From IMG/VR virus record IMGVR_UViG_3300044736_000016, positions 1 through 64,000 of that record: a stretch of DNA of 64,000 nucleotides. One strand, given 5' to 3'. The position numbers and the translations under genes are program-made. The notes beneath the pieces were generated by a model. That model worked only from the letters and a program-made list of their open reading frames with translations, was not told the origin of the DNA and did no database searches. Shown here piece after piece: positions 27,715 to 36,271 of the stretch. Position 1 is the first letter of the stretch. The number at the start of each line of letters is the position of its first letter. The stretch is from a virus.

Positions 27715-28284
27715 TCAGCGCACCACCGTCTTGGACACGGCCTCGGCGCCCTTGGCGTACTCCTCAGCCTGCACTTCAGCCAGCCTGCGGAACGCATCAA
27801 CGATCGCAGGTGCCATCTCGCAGAACCGCAGCCGCTCCTCTCCGGTGGCCAGATGCAGGGCATAGGTGGAGTCGGATGACAAGGCGACACCGAGGATACC
27901 GATCCGATGTCCAGCGACGTACGGAGCGATGGTCTTGATGCCGCAACGTGGGTCACCGAGGACAGCCTTACCGATCACGAGTGCGTTGGCGCCGTGTGGG
28001 TGCGGGTAGCCGCCGTGGGCTCCGGCGTTCGGCGATGCCGAGATTGGCCACGTCACCCGCTCCACGCTGACCGGGACGATGACGATGATCGCTGCGTCGG
28101 GAGAGGGAACGTCCGCCGTCCAGCCATCGGCAGTCCGGTAGATGGTCACGCTGTCCCCGGAGCGGAACGGTCCGACGATCGCCTGCGCGATGCGCTCCGT
28201 CGCCGCGTCCAACTTGCGCCACTCGATCTGCCGTCCCTTCGCCCCAGCGGTCATGTCCACGATGGCCTGTGCAAGGTCGGTCAT
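27715..28284 (-). CDS. Hypothetical protein
   Basis: AAGGA RBS, in operon. Confidence 0.6.
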   Translation of the reverse strand: MTDLAQAIVDMTAGAKGRQIEWRKLDAATERIAQAIVGPFRSGDSVTIYRTADGWTADVPSPDAAIIVIVPVSVERVTWPISASPNAGAHGGYPHPHGANALVIGKAVLGDPRCGIKTIAPYVAGHRIGILGVALSSDSTYALHLATGEERLRFCEMAPAIVDAFRRLAEVQAEEYAKGAEAVSKTVVR

Positions 28285-28286
28285 GA

Positions 28287-28586
28287 CTAGTTGTCCTTCG
28301 GCAGATCGTCGCTGGTGGCTGCGAACCGCGGGAAGTAGACCACGGTCCCGCGGCCCATGCTGTCCGAGCGGGCGTTGCGAAGCGCCTTGGCAACCATCTC
28401 GCCGTTCTCATCCGCCTCGCCGCAGATCGCCATGGCCTCGATCACATCGGCTGCGAAGTTCAGAACCTCGCAGTGGAGGTCCACGCCGACGCACTCCTTG
28501 CCGTACATACCGCGCCCGCTGTAGGCGTAGGGCTCGTGGCCTGCGCTTTGCAGGATGTCCACGAGTTGCCGTGTGCTCTCGTCCAT
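28287..28586 (-). CDS. Conserved phage hypothetical protein
   Basis: YSGRGMYGKECVGV...DSMGRGTVVYFP motif recalled from many phages; GGAGG RBS. Confidence 0.75.
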   Translation of the reverse strand: MDESTRQLVDILQSAGHEPYAYSGRGMYGKECVGVDLHCEVLNFAADVIEAMAICGEADENGEMVAKALRNARSDSMGRGTVVYFPRFAATSDDLPKDN

Positions 28587-28637
28587 GTCGATGCCTCCTC
28601 CCCGGACGTACTGCCGGGGCCATGTCGGACCGGTGTG

Positions 28638-28841
28638 CTACCGGTTCCGTGTGATCGTATCCTCGCGGATGTTCCTGTAGGTCGGCGCGAAGGTCGGGTG
28701 TTCGTGGTGGATGCGGGCCACGTTGACCCGGACCTTGCTCACGTCCCGAGCGTCCCACTCGCACCCATCCTGACGGCACGTCGACCGGTAACCCATGGCC
28801 GGGATGGTCGCCGCGCCTTCGATGAGCCTTGCCGTTGCCAT
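28638..28841 (-). CDS. Leaderless hypothetical protein
   Basis: ATG 7 nt after the -10 of promoter copy 3. Confidence 0.55.
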   Translation of the reverse strand: MATARLIEGAATIPAMGYRSTCRQDGCEWDARDVSKVRVNVARIHHEHPTFAPTYRNIREDTITRNR

Positions 28842-28848
28842 GCCGACC

Positions 28849-28877
28849 ACGATACCACGGCATTCCAATGCCGTCAA
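28849..28877 (-). promoter_or_regulatory. Strong promoter with palindromic operator (copy 3)
   Basis: TTGACG-17bp-TATCGT with extended TG; palindrome ACGGCATT-NN-AATGCCGT at 28857-28874. Confidence 0.8.
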
Positions 28878-29097
28878 CGGCCACGGCAATCCCGTCTCCG
28901 GAGCCTCCGCATCCTGCGCCCGATCCGGGTGTGGGGCCGCTCCGGTGGTCGCCGCAGGACGTTAGAGGAGTAGCGGAGCACGTAGAGGAGGCCGAGGACC
29001 AGCAGCCCGAGGACGGCGTGTTACCGATCGTCAGGCGGTCATCCCCTCAGCATGGCGAGGCAGGGTGTCGCGCCCATGTAACGGATGGCACAGGTGG

Positions 29098-29126
29098 TTG
29101 CGGTGTACCTAGTAGCTAGGTATACT
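29098..29126 (+). promoter_or_regulatory. Rightward promoter carrying its own palindrome
   Basis: TTGCGG-17bp-TATACT; TACCTAG-TAG-CTAGGTA at 29106-29122. Confidence 0.7.
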
Positions 29127-29159
29127 CTAGTCATCAGCCAGCCCGCAGGAGACACCGAG

Positions 29160-29426
29160 ATGAGCACCACCACTCTCGACGCAGGACACAACTTCGTCGG
29201 CCTCGCTGGCCGCTACGTCTCCCCCGGCGAGCGGTGCCACGTCGTTGACGAGTTCGGCTACTGGCGCGAGGAGCCGACCGTCACCTTCGTCGGAACGTCG
29301 CAGGGCGGCTACTACATCCACTACCGCGAGGACAGCGGACAGGAGCGTGTGGTCACCTACCACGTCATCCGCTACGTGCTCCCCTGCGGATCGGCGACCG
29401 CCGAGTGCGAGTGCGCCGCTCGCTGA
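29160..29426 (+). CDS. Hypothetical protein
   Basis: AGGAG RBS downstream of the promoter. Confidence 0.6.
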   Translation: MSTTTLDAGHNFVGLAGRYVSPGERCHVVDEFGYWREEPTVTFVGTSQGGYYIHYREDSGQERVVTYHVIRYVLPCGSATAECECAAR

Positions 29427-29503
29427 CCCACCCCACGCCCGTCGCGGGAAGCCTCCCGCCTGAACGAGAGCCGGACAGCTACTGGCCGAAACGGGAACAC
29501 GAA

Positions 29504-29839
29504 ATGAACCACACTGACGAGACGATCATGAGCACATGGGCACAGGTCGGCCCGGATGGTTGGGCGATCAGCCCACTGTGGGAGTTCGCACGACTGAGCG
29601 CGAAGAAAGTGCAGGTCGGCTGGAAGCTATGGCAACGGCAAGGCCACTACGAGGTCATCGGGCAGGAGTCACGTCCGCACATCCGAGACAAGGAGCAAAC
29701 GCGGGCTGCGCTCGGTACGCTCATGGCCCTTGCTGTAGACATCGCTGGCATCTCGGCTGACGGCTGGGTGCGCAACGGGCTCGGCGACTACGTGCCGCGC
29801 GAGGTCAACAAGGTACGCCCGATACGCAAGGCCGACTAG
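29504..29839 (+). CDS. Hypothetical protein, paralog of 17672-18082
   Basis: TWAQVGPDGWAI...ADGWVRNGLGDYVPREV. Confidence 0.75.
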   Translation: MNHTDETIMSTWAQVGPDGWAISPLWEFARLSAKKVQVGWKLWQRQGHYEVIGQESRPHIRDKEQTRAALGTLMALAVDIAGISADGWVRNGLGDYVPREVNKVRPIRKAD

Positions 29840-29923
29840 ATCCGCAGAGGGACGGCGCTGGCGGCGCCGGTAATGCGCATCCCGAGTCCCAAGTCTCGGG
29901 GAAGCCACAAGGAGTAACGACCG

Positions 29924-30208
29924 ATGAGCAAGGCAACAGACAAGGCTCGAGCGGCGCTGGATGCTGACATGGACCGCTGGCGTGCTGATGCGAGGGAGCG
30001 GGCAGGGGTGCGGCTGGGGATCATTCGTAGCGCACTGTCCATGCTGCAGCAGGTTGCGCCAAGGCTGGTCAAGGACCGCCATCTTGATGGGGATGCTGGC
30101 GACATGGCCATGGCGACCATGCTGGAATCGTCCGGCGTCATGATCGACACGGACGAACTGCTGGAGATCATCGCGTTGGCCGCCAGGCAGTTCGAGTTGC
30201 CGAGATGA
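29924..30208 (+). CDS. Hypothetical protein
   Basis: AAGGAG RBS. Confidence 0.6.
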   Translation: MSKATDKARAALDADMDRWRADARERAGVRLGIIRSALSMLQQVAPRLVKDRHLDGDAGDMAMATMLESSGVMIDTDELLEIIALAARQFELPR

Positions 30209-30756
30209 CCACCACGACCCGCGGGCTGCCGAAGGTCCACCCGCAGATGTACTCCTACCCAGTCGACCACTACCGGATGCTGGCGTCCCAGCCCGGCCGC
30301 CTCGACCTCAACCCTCCATACCAGCGTGGCTCGGTGTGGGGCACGGAGCGCAAGCGCAACCTCATCAAGTCGCTGCTCATGGGCCTGCCGATCGGCGCGG
30401 TGTTCCTCAACTCGCGGGACATCATGCAGCCGGATCGGGTGGTGGACGGCAAGCAGCGCATCGAGGCCATCCTCGACTTCCTTGGCGATCGGCTCGCGGT
30501 GCCCGCCGTATGGTTCTCCGAGGACGATCTGACTGAGGCGACAGCAGGGCAGTGGGGCAGCGGGAACCTTACCACGGACATGGTGTCGTACTCCGATCTG
30601 ACCCTTCCCGTGCAGCGTCGGTTCAACGATTCCACCGTCGCCACATACCAGACCAAGCTCCGCACCGAGGCCGAGGAGCGCGAACTGTTCCTGCTCATCA
30701 ACTACGGCGGGGTGGCGCAGGGCGATATGGACGCCGATGCGGGGGACGGGCGATGA
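30205..30756 (+). CDS. DUF262 (GmrS/ParB-Srx fold) domain protein
   Basis: LNPPYQRGSVW, LIKSLLMGLPIG, VVDGKQR, LFLLINYGG. Confidence 0.88.
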   Translation: MTTTTRGLPKVHPQMYSYPVDHYRMLASQPGRLDLNPPYQRGSVWGTERKRNLIKSLLMGLPIGAVFLNSRDIMQPDRVVDGKQRIEAILDFLGDRLAVPAVWFSEDDLTEATAGQWGSGNLTTDMVSYSDLTLPVQRRFNDSTVATYQTKLRTEAEERELFLLINYGGVAQGDMDADAGDGR

Positions 30757-31016
30757 GCACCGACTTCGACGTTGACGCCGAAATGGACCGCTCACGTGAT
30801 GAGAGCAGATGCCTGGACCCGCGCCTTGACGAAGCGTTGGAGCGTATCGGCACACTGGAGAGGCTTGTCAGACGCATGGCGCGTTCTCTAGCGGGCGACG
30901 ATGGTGCGGACATCGAGGAGGACGTCCGCATGTCGACAGCCTGCTCGTGCGATCTCGCTGAGTGGGGCAGCCACATCCACGACTGCCGGTTCGCCCCAGA
31001 GGATCGACGCCGATGA
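30753..31016 (+). CDS. Hypothetical protein
   Basis: ATGA coupling. Confidence 0.5.
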   Translation: MSTDFDVDAEMDRSRDESRCLDPRLDEALERIGTLERLVRRMARSLAGDDGADIEEDVRMSTACSCDLAEWGSHIHDCRFAPEDRRR

Positions 31017-31285
31017 CCATCCGCCGCGAGTTCCCGCTCGGCATGAAGGAGATCGCAGCCCTCCTCGGCGTGAAGCAGTCCGCAGTCTGGCAGTGGGAGA
31101 AGAACCGCAAACTACCTCCCGAGGACGGCTGGATTAGCGGACGTAAGGGCTGGTGGCGGGCGACCATCTTGGCGTGGGACGCAGCAGGGAGGCCACGAAG
31201 GTCGGCGCCGCTCGCGGAGGCAGGCGTGACTGAGGTTTGCCCAGAGTGCAGCAGTTATCACGATGGTGGACCGTGCGAGTGGTAA
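31013..31285 (+). CDS. HTH protein (AlpA/excisionase-like)
   Basis: LGMKEIAALLGVKQSAVWQW...LPPED..ISGRKGWWRATILAW. Confidence 0.72.
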   Translation: MTIRREFPLGMKEIAALLGVKQSAVWQWEKNRKLPPEDGWISGRKGWWRATILAWDAAGRPRRSAPLAEAGVTEVCPECSSYHDGGPCEW

Positions 31286-31289
31286 GGGA

Positions 31290-31317
31290 TTGACGGACGT
31301 GGGCTTATCACTACAAT
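31290..31317 (+). promoter_or_regulatory. Near-consensus promoter with no downstream ORF
   Basis: TTGACG-16bp-TACAAT. Confidence 0.6.
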
Positions 31318-31322
31318 AGAAG

Positions 31323-31398
31323 CCACACGGCTATCACGCTCACCGCTGGGAAGTGCAGCGGACCAGAGGCCACTCCTAGCGCTGGAGTGGCCTCTCTG
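31323..31398 (+). ncRNA. Candidate ~75-nt small RNA
   Basis: Lies between the promoter and a 12-bp hairpin; internal hairpin CCGCTG-N7-CAGCGG; no ORF. Confidence 0.4.
31365..31395. terminator. Hairpin between convergent operons
   Basis: AGAGGCCACTCC-TAGCGCT-GGAGTGGCCTCT, perfect 12-bp stem. Confidence 0.7.
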
Positions 31399-33519
31399 CT
31401 ATCCAGCCCTCCGCTGACCCTTCCAGTGCCTGATCAGGCGGCCCATCTCGGACTCGCTCACGTAGGCACCCTGCATCCGGCGCGTCTCGCCGTCGTCGTT
31501 CAGCCTGCAGAGCATGTCCCCACGGCCCGCCAGTTTCTCCGCTCCCATCTCATCGAGAATGACCCGCGAGTTCACCCCGCTCGAGACCCGGAAGGCGATG
31601 CGGCTGGGGAAGTTCGCCGTGATGTCTGCTGGGATGAGTTCCGCCGAGGGTCGCTGGGTTGCCGCGACAAGGTGGATCCCGGCCGCCCTGGCAAGCTGAG
31701 CCAGCCGCTGCAGGGCCTCCTCCACGTCATCCTTCGCCCGGAGCACAAGGTCGGCAAGCTCGTCGATCACCACCACGATGCGGGGCAGGGGCTCGGCCCT
31801 AGTGTTGTGCTGGGCGATGTTCTTTGACCCACTGCCGGCGAGGATTCGGTACCGCTTGTCCATCTCGTCGACCACCTCGCGGAGCGCCTCAACCGCCTCG
31901 TCAGCGTCGTTGACGATGGGCCGTAGCAGATGGGGGATGCCAGCGTACCCCTCCAACTCGACCACCTTGGGGTCGATGAGCACGATCCGTAGTTGATCCG
32001 GGGTGGACTGCAACAGGAGCGAGGCGAGCAGGACGTTGATGTACACGGACTTGCCGGAGTTCGTCGCCCCGCCGATCAGCAGATGCGGGGTGGTCGTCAG
32101 GTCGCCGACCGCGGACTGCCCGGAGAGGTCTGCGCCGAGGGCGATGGCCAGCCCGGTGCGGGCCACGATGCGGAAGGCCGGGGCCTGCACGAGGGACCGC
32201 AGGGTGACCAGCTGGGCGGACTTGTTCGGCACCTCGATGCCCACGGCGGCCTTGCCGGGGATCGGCGCCTGGATCCGGATGGTGGCCGCAAGGGCGAGGG
32301 ACAGGTCGGTCTGCCGCGTGGTGATGCGCCTGACCGACACGCCGGGGGCAGGCTGTAGGACGTACTGCGTGACCCGCGGGCTGGGGTTGACCTCGATCAC
32401 CCGACCCATGACGCCGAAGGATTCCAGCGTGGATTCGATCAGCGAGCGGGTGTTGGCGATCTCCGCTTCCTGCCGAACGCGGTCAGTCTTGCCCTCGTCT
32501 AGAAGGTCGATGGGCGGCAGGAGCCACTCTGAGTGCCCCGTCTCCAAATCTGGCAAGACCATGAGCGCGGTCTGTCCGGAGTCGCCAGCTGGATACTGCC
32601 CGTCATCCGTGGCGGGTTTTGGAGACTCCGATGGGCGCGGAGGGTTCGCCATGGCCTCTCGCATCGGGCCGGCCAGCCACGGCACGCCCTGCCAGTTGCG
32701 TCCAGCCTGAGCGGGAGCGTGCGTCTCGTCCTCCGCAGGCTCCTCCGTGTCGCCGCTCTCCTCGCCACGGATCCATCCCCACAGTCGCTCAGACCGTAGC
32801 CCACGCCGCATCCCGTCGCGCATCGCACCGGCCACCACCGGCACATCAAGGTCCACGGCTAGCACCAGGCCGAGGCACGTCAGGCCGACGAACAGCACCA
32901 CCGACCACCACGGCCCGACCCAGCCAGCTGCCGAATCCGCCAGCGAACCTCCGACCGACCCTGCCCCGCCCCGCGTCCACGGCACCAACGCGGTCAGCCC
33001 GAGCAGCCCCGGGATAGCGATGCCCACCCCCGCAGCCGAGGCGTGACCGTGCCCCAGCAGCAACCGAACTCCGACCAGCAGCAGACCGGCCACGAGCAGA
33101 GCATCCCCGACCACCCCCAGCCAGTCCGTGAGCATCGAGCCCTGCGGGATGAGCAGGAGCGGGATGGAGAGCAGCGCCGCGATGAGCGCCCCGACGCCGT
33201 GCAGGTTGCGCCGCTGGTCGTGGGTGACCTTGGGCGCCTTGGCGGTACGCCTTGCCGGTCGTCTGGTCCGGGTCGCCATCACGCCTCCTGCGGGAAGGTC
33301 GGGGAACTTGCGGCCGTGCTCTTTCTCATGGCACGGACGGCAGAGCACCATGAGGTTCGCACGCCTGCAGTCGTTCGGTCTGCGGTTCTTGTGGTGAGCC
33401 TGTAGCGCCCGATCCGTCTTGCACCGCTTGCATCTCTGGCCTCGGCGGAACTCGCGGCTGAGGTCGGGCCAGCACTCCGGGTAGTCGGTGCCGGGGTAGA
33501 CGCGGAACGTGGTAGCCAC
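31399..33519 (-). CDS. ftsK: FtsK/SpoIIIE DNA translocase (TM plus alpha/beta motor, no gamma domain) with an in-frame N-terminal HNH nuclease; second start with RBS at 33279
   Basis: PHLLIGGATNSGKS, LIDPK, VVVIDELADL, LARAAGIHLVAATQRPS, GAEKLAGRGDML; N-terminal CKRC...HHKNRR...NLMVLCRPCH. Confidence 0.9.
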   Translation of the reverse strand: MATTFRVYPGTDYPECWPDLSREFRRGQRCKRCKTDRALQAHHKNRRPNDCRRANLMVLCRPCHEKEHGRKFPDLPAGGVMATRTRRPARRTAKAPKVTHDQRRNLHGVGALIAALLSIPLLLIPQGSMLTDWLGVVGDALLVAGLLLVGVRLLLGHGHASAAGVGIAIPGLLGLTALVPWTRGGAGSVGGSLADSAAGWVGPWWSVVLFVGLTCLGLVLAVDLDVPVVAGAMRDGMRRGLRSERLWGWIRGEESGDTEEPAEDETHAPAQAGRNWQGVPWLAGPMREAMANPPRPSESPKPATDDGQYPAGDSGQTALMVLPDLETGHSEWLLPPIDLLDEGKTDRVRQEAEIANTRSLIESTLESFGVMGRVIEVNPSPRVTQYVLQPAPGVSVRRITTRQTDLSLALAATIRIQAPIPGKAAVGIEVPNKSAQLVTLRSLVQAPAFRIVARTGLAIALGADLSGQSAVGDLTTTPHLLIGGATNSGKSVYINVLLASLLLQSTPDQLRIVLIDPKVVELEGYAGIPHLLRPIVNDADEAVEALREVVDEMDKRYRILAGSGSKNIAQHNTRAEPLPRIVVVIDELADLVLRAKDDVEEALQRLAQLARAAGIHLVAATQRPSAELIPADITANFPSRIAFRVSSGVNSRVILDEMGAEKLAGRGDMLCRLNDDGETRRMQGAYVSESEMGRLIRHWKGQRRAG

Positions 33520-33520
33520 A

Positions 33521-33766
33521 TCACGACGCCTTGGTGTTCCTGAGCACGCGCAGCGCCTGCTTGAGCGGTTCCGCTAATGGGTGCATATCAGAGAAGGTGG
33601 TGGTGGTGGCGACTGCCTCGGCTAGGTCCAGCAGTGCCCGCCGCAGGTCGTCCACCTCGCTCTGCTTAGTGAGGTGGACGCGACACCACTGGCAGACCGG
33701 CTTCTCATGGACAAGCCGCGCTGGCTGCCTGCCGCAGAATACGCACGGACTGCCCGTGGCCATCAC
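33521..33766 (-). CDS. Hypothetical zinc-finger protein
   Basis: CVFC...CQWC; coupled. Confidence 0.55.
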   Translation of the reverse strand: MMATGSPCVFCGRQPARLVHEKPVCQWCRVHLTKQSEVDDLRRALLDLAEAVATTTTFSDMHPLAEPLKQALRVLRNTKAS

Positions 33767-34058
33767 TCGCCCTCGGCAGCCTTGCGGGCTACGTCGTACG
33801 CCGCCAGCGCGTCTCGCAGCACAGGGTCATGGTCGGCGTGGGCGCGAGCCGCGGTGACGACGGGTTGCAGGATGCTCACCAGAGGGCGCAAGCGGTCAGC
33901 AACCGCCATCCCCGTCGCCTCAGCCGAGGTCACCATGATCGCGGTGAACTCCTCTGCCGTCGCGATACTGGCCTGTGGATCGACCGAGTAGACCCAAGCG
34001 GTCACCATGCCGCGGATCTTCGCGATCTCTGCGTCTGGGATCTTGATCTGGTCCACGG

Positions 34059-34460
34059 TCACCTATCCTCAGGTGCCAGCGCGGATCCGGTCGGCCGCTC
34101 GTACTCGTCGGCCAGCAGCGTGGTCAGAGCGTCGATGGCAGGGACTAGACCACTCGGCGGCGGGAGGTATCCGAGTGCCAGCCGCTTCTCACGTTCCTTC
34201 CGTGCCGCTCGCATCTCGGGATTGGACCACACGCGATTCACGGCCTCAGCGGCGTCGAGAAGGCCATCACGCTGACGCCGCAACTCGCCCACAGTCCGCG
34301 CCGCTGCGTCCGCCTCTGCCTCCATCGCCGTGAGCCTAGCCTCCAACTCCGCGACCAGTTCCATCAGCCGTGCGTTTTCTGCCATCCCCGCCACGGTCCG
34401 ATCATGGACGATGTTGGACTGCTCGGCCATGTCGGCGGCGATCTCGTTGAGGTCACGCAT
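34059..34460 (-). CDS. Coiled-coil hypothetical protein
   Basis: Coupled, heptad pattern. Confidence 0.55.
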   Translation of the reverse strand: MRDLNEIAADMAEQSNIVHDRTVAGMAENARLMELVAELEARLTAMEAEADAAARTVGELRRQRDGLLDAAEAVNRVWSNPEMRAARKEREKRLALGYLPPPSGLVPAIDALTTLLADEYERPTGSALAPEDR

Positions 34461-34788
34461 CGCCCATTTCCGCAAGGGTAGTGTCGACGTCGTCCACGAG
34501 TTTGGTGATCGACTTCGCCCAGTCGTCGGTCGGCGGGGCCACTTCGGTGTACCCACTGAGCACCAGCGCGGCCTCGCGTAATAGCGCTCGCCATCCCGCC
34601 TCCCGCTGCAGGATGTACCGAGCCAGTACCCGGTCGTACTCCTTCGTGTGCTCCTGGAGGGCTGCGTAGTCGTCAGGGTGACGGACCGCGTCGTCCCCTA
34701 CGCCAGCCTGCCGCCTCGCCTCGTCCTGATAGATGGCGTGAATCTTGGCGCTCAGCCTCTCCACGGCCTCGGGGTCGAAGTCAGCCAT
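34453..34788 (-). CDS. Hypothetical protein (RyR-repeat-like segment)
   Basis: LSAKIHAIY...DYAALQEHTKEYDR resembles RyR-domain motifs; GGAGG RBS. Confidence 0.5.
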   Translation of the reverse strand: MADFDPEAVERLSAKIHAIYQDEARRQAGVGDDAVRHPDDYAALQEHTKEYDRVLARYILQREAGWRALLREAALVLSGYTEVAPPTDDWAKSITKLVDDVDTTLAEMGDA

Positions 34789-35069
34789 CGCCGAATGCCT
34801 CCGCTGTCTTCTCTGTGGTGGTTGGTGGCGGCGTCCAGCCTTGGGCGACCAACTCGTGCACCAGATCGTCGTGGATGTCGTGTTTTCCAATAGCCCGGAT
34901 GCGTCCGTTGGCCTCTCCGGTGTAACTGGTGATCGCCACCCAGCGACGGGAAAAGGGCTGAAGGCGGATGAGGATGGGGTGCTGGCGATGACAGCCTGCC
35001 TCGTTGCAGCAGCGGTTCCGAGGCTGCGGCGCTCTCATCGGGTGAGCCTCGTGGAGCCGTTCGGTCTCC

Positions 35070-35456
35070 TCAGCCATGGTCTAACGCCTCCACGAGCCGA
35101 TCTAGTGCAGCCTTGCAATCGCGCAGGTTCTGGCCCTGTTTCATGGTGATGTAGCAGAGCCCGAAGTCCTCGGCGCGTCCACTCCACAGCCGTGCTACCT
35201 CTCGCGCCGCGGTGATGGCTGCTACCTCCTGCTGTGCCTTGGGCCTCCAGTCCTCGCGAAGCTGGGCTATCACCGCACGGAGACGCGTGATCTCGGCCTC
35301 CAACTCCGCGATCTGGGCCAGCCTCTCTCGTTCGATCGCCATGCACCATTGGTCGGAGTGCTCACGTACACCATGGCAAGTGTCATCGCCAGTACCGGTT
35401 GGCAGTAGTGGGCGGCATCCGTCGCAGTGAATGCTCCTAGTCGGCTCGTCGGTCAT
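35070..35456 (-). CDS. Hypothetical protein (first gene of the leftward operon)
   Basis: GAGGAGGAGG RBS. Confidence 0.6.
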   Translation of the reverse strand: MTDEPTRSIHCDGCRPLLPTGTGDDTCHGVREHSDQWCMAIERERLAQIAELEAEITRLRAVIAQLREDWRPKAQQEVAAITAAREVARLWSGRAEDFGLCYITMKQGQNLRDCKAALDRLVEALDHG

Positions 35457-35498
35457 CGGTCCTCCTCCTCTGGTCGGCAACGAAGATGTGACGTGGTG

Positions 35499-35527
35499 TT
35501 GCATGTAAGGCAGGTTACGCGTATACT
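35499..35527 (+). promoter_or_regulatory. Promoter of the leaderless gene at 35534
   Basis: TTGCAT-17bp-TATACT, ATG 6 nt later. Confidence 0.75.
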
Positions 35528-35533
35528 ACTGGC

Positions 35534-35731
35534 ATGGACACCACGCCACGGAGCACCGAGATGATCCTCTTCGAGTACACCTGCGCCGACTGCACTCGCG
35601 GCGGTAGGGGCTGGGTCACGGTGGATGCCCTTGTCGATCACTTCCAGAACGATCATGCGGATCTCTGGACCCCCGAGACCATCGCAGCCGAGGTCGCCGA
35701 GCAGACCGCCATGAAGGAGGCCGTCGCATGA
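35534..35731 (+). CDS. C2H2-like small protein
   Basis: YTCADC...LVDHFQNDH. Confidence 0.6.
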   Translation: MDTTPRSTEMILFEYTCADCTRGGRGWVTVDALVDHFQNDHADLWTPETIAAEVAEQTAMKEAVA

Positions 35732-36015
35732 GCGTCAACCGCCCCGATCCGCCCGCCAACCCCAACCCGCACTATCTGTGCGTCTACTGCGAGAGTCTGT
35801 TCGATATCCCCGTCGACCTCTGGGTGCACAGCCTTGCTGAGCATGCAGCAGAGTGGACCGACCTTGCCGAACTCGCCGAGGAGATCGCTGACCAAGGGCG
35901 AGAGTACACATGGGCCGAGGAGATAGATCGTCGCGGTGCCATCCTGCACGCAATCCGCCTGCACTACGGTCACATCCCCGACGCGAGCGTCGTGCTCGCC
36001 GATTGGCCTCGCTGA
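35728..36015 (+). CDS. Hypothetical protein
   Basis: AAGGAGG RBS; CVYC...H...H. Confidence 0.6.
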   Translation: MSVNRPDPPANPNPHYLCVYCESLFDIPVDLWVHSLAEHAAEWTDLAELAEEIADQGREYTWAEEIDRRGAILHAIRLHYGHIPDASVVLADWPR

Positions 36016-36219
36016 ATGCCCCGCCCGCGCACCCGCCAAACCGTCATCGCGCTCTACGGCCCCGGCCTCAAACTGTGCCCTGTGTGCGGGCTCTACTTCG
36101 CCCCACCGCCTGCCGAGCCCGGTCATCGTCGCCGTTGGGCTGACCGTACGTACTGCTCCGCTGGCTGCCGGACGTCCGCTGCCCGGACTCGCAAGAACGC
36201 TGAGGCTGAGGCTGGCTGA
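36016..36219 (+). CDS. CGNR/treble-clef-like zinc-finger protein
   Basis: CPVC...YCSAGCR. Confidence 0.55.
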   Translation: MPRPRTRQTVIALYGPGLKLCPVCGLYFAPPPAEPGHRRRWADRTYCSAGCRTSAARTRKNAEAEAG

Positions 36220-36271
36220 CCGCGTCACTCCGTCTCCTCCTCGGCGCAGTATCCAGTCTGGAGACTGACGC

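Noticed and set aside
33279-33524. Alternative-frame ORF MWLPRS... with TGATG coupling at both ends
   Set aside because: Its composition is shadow-like (Ser/Ala/Arg/Thr) while the overlapping frame has a clear HNH motif; not fully excluded
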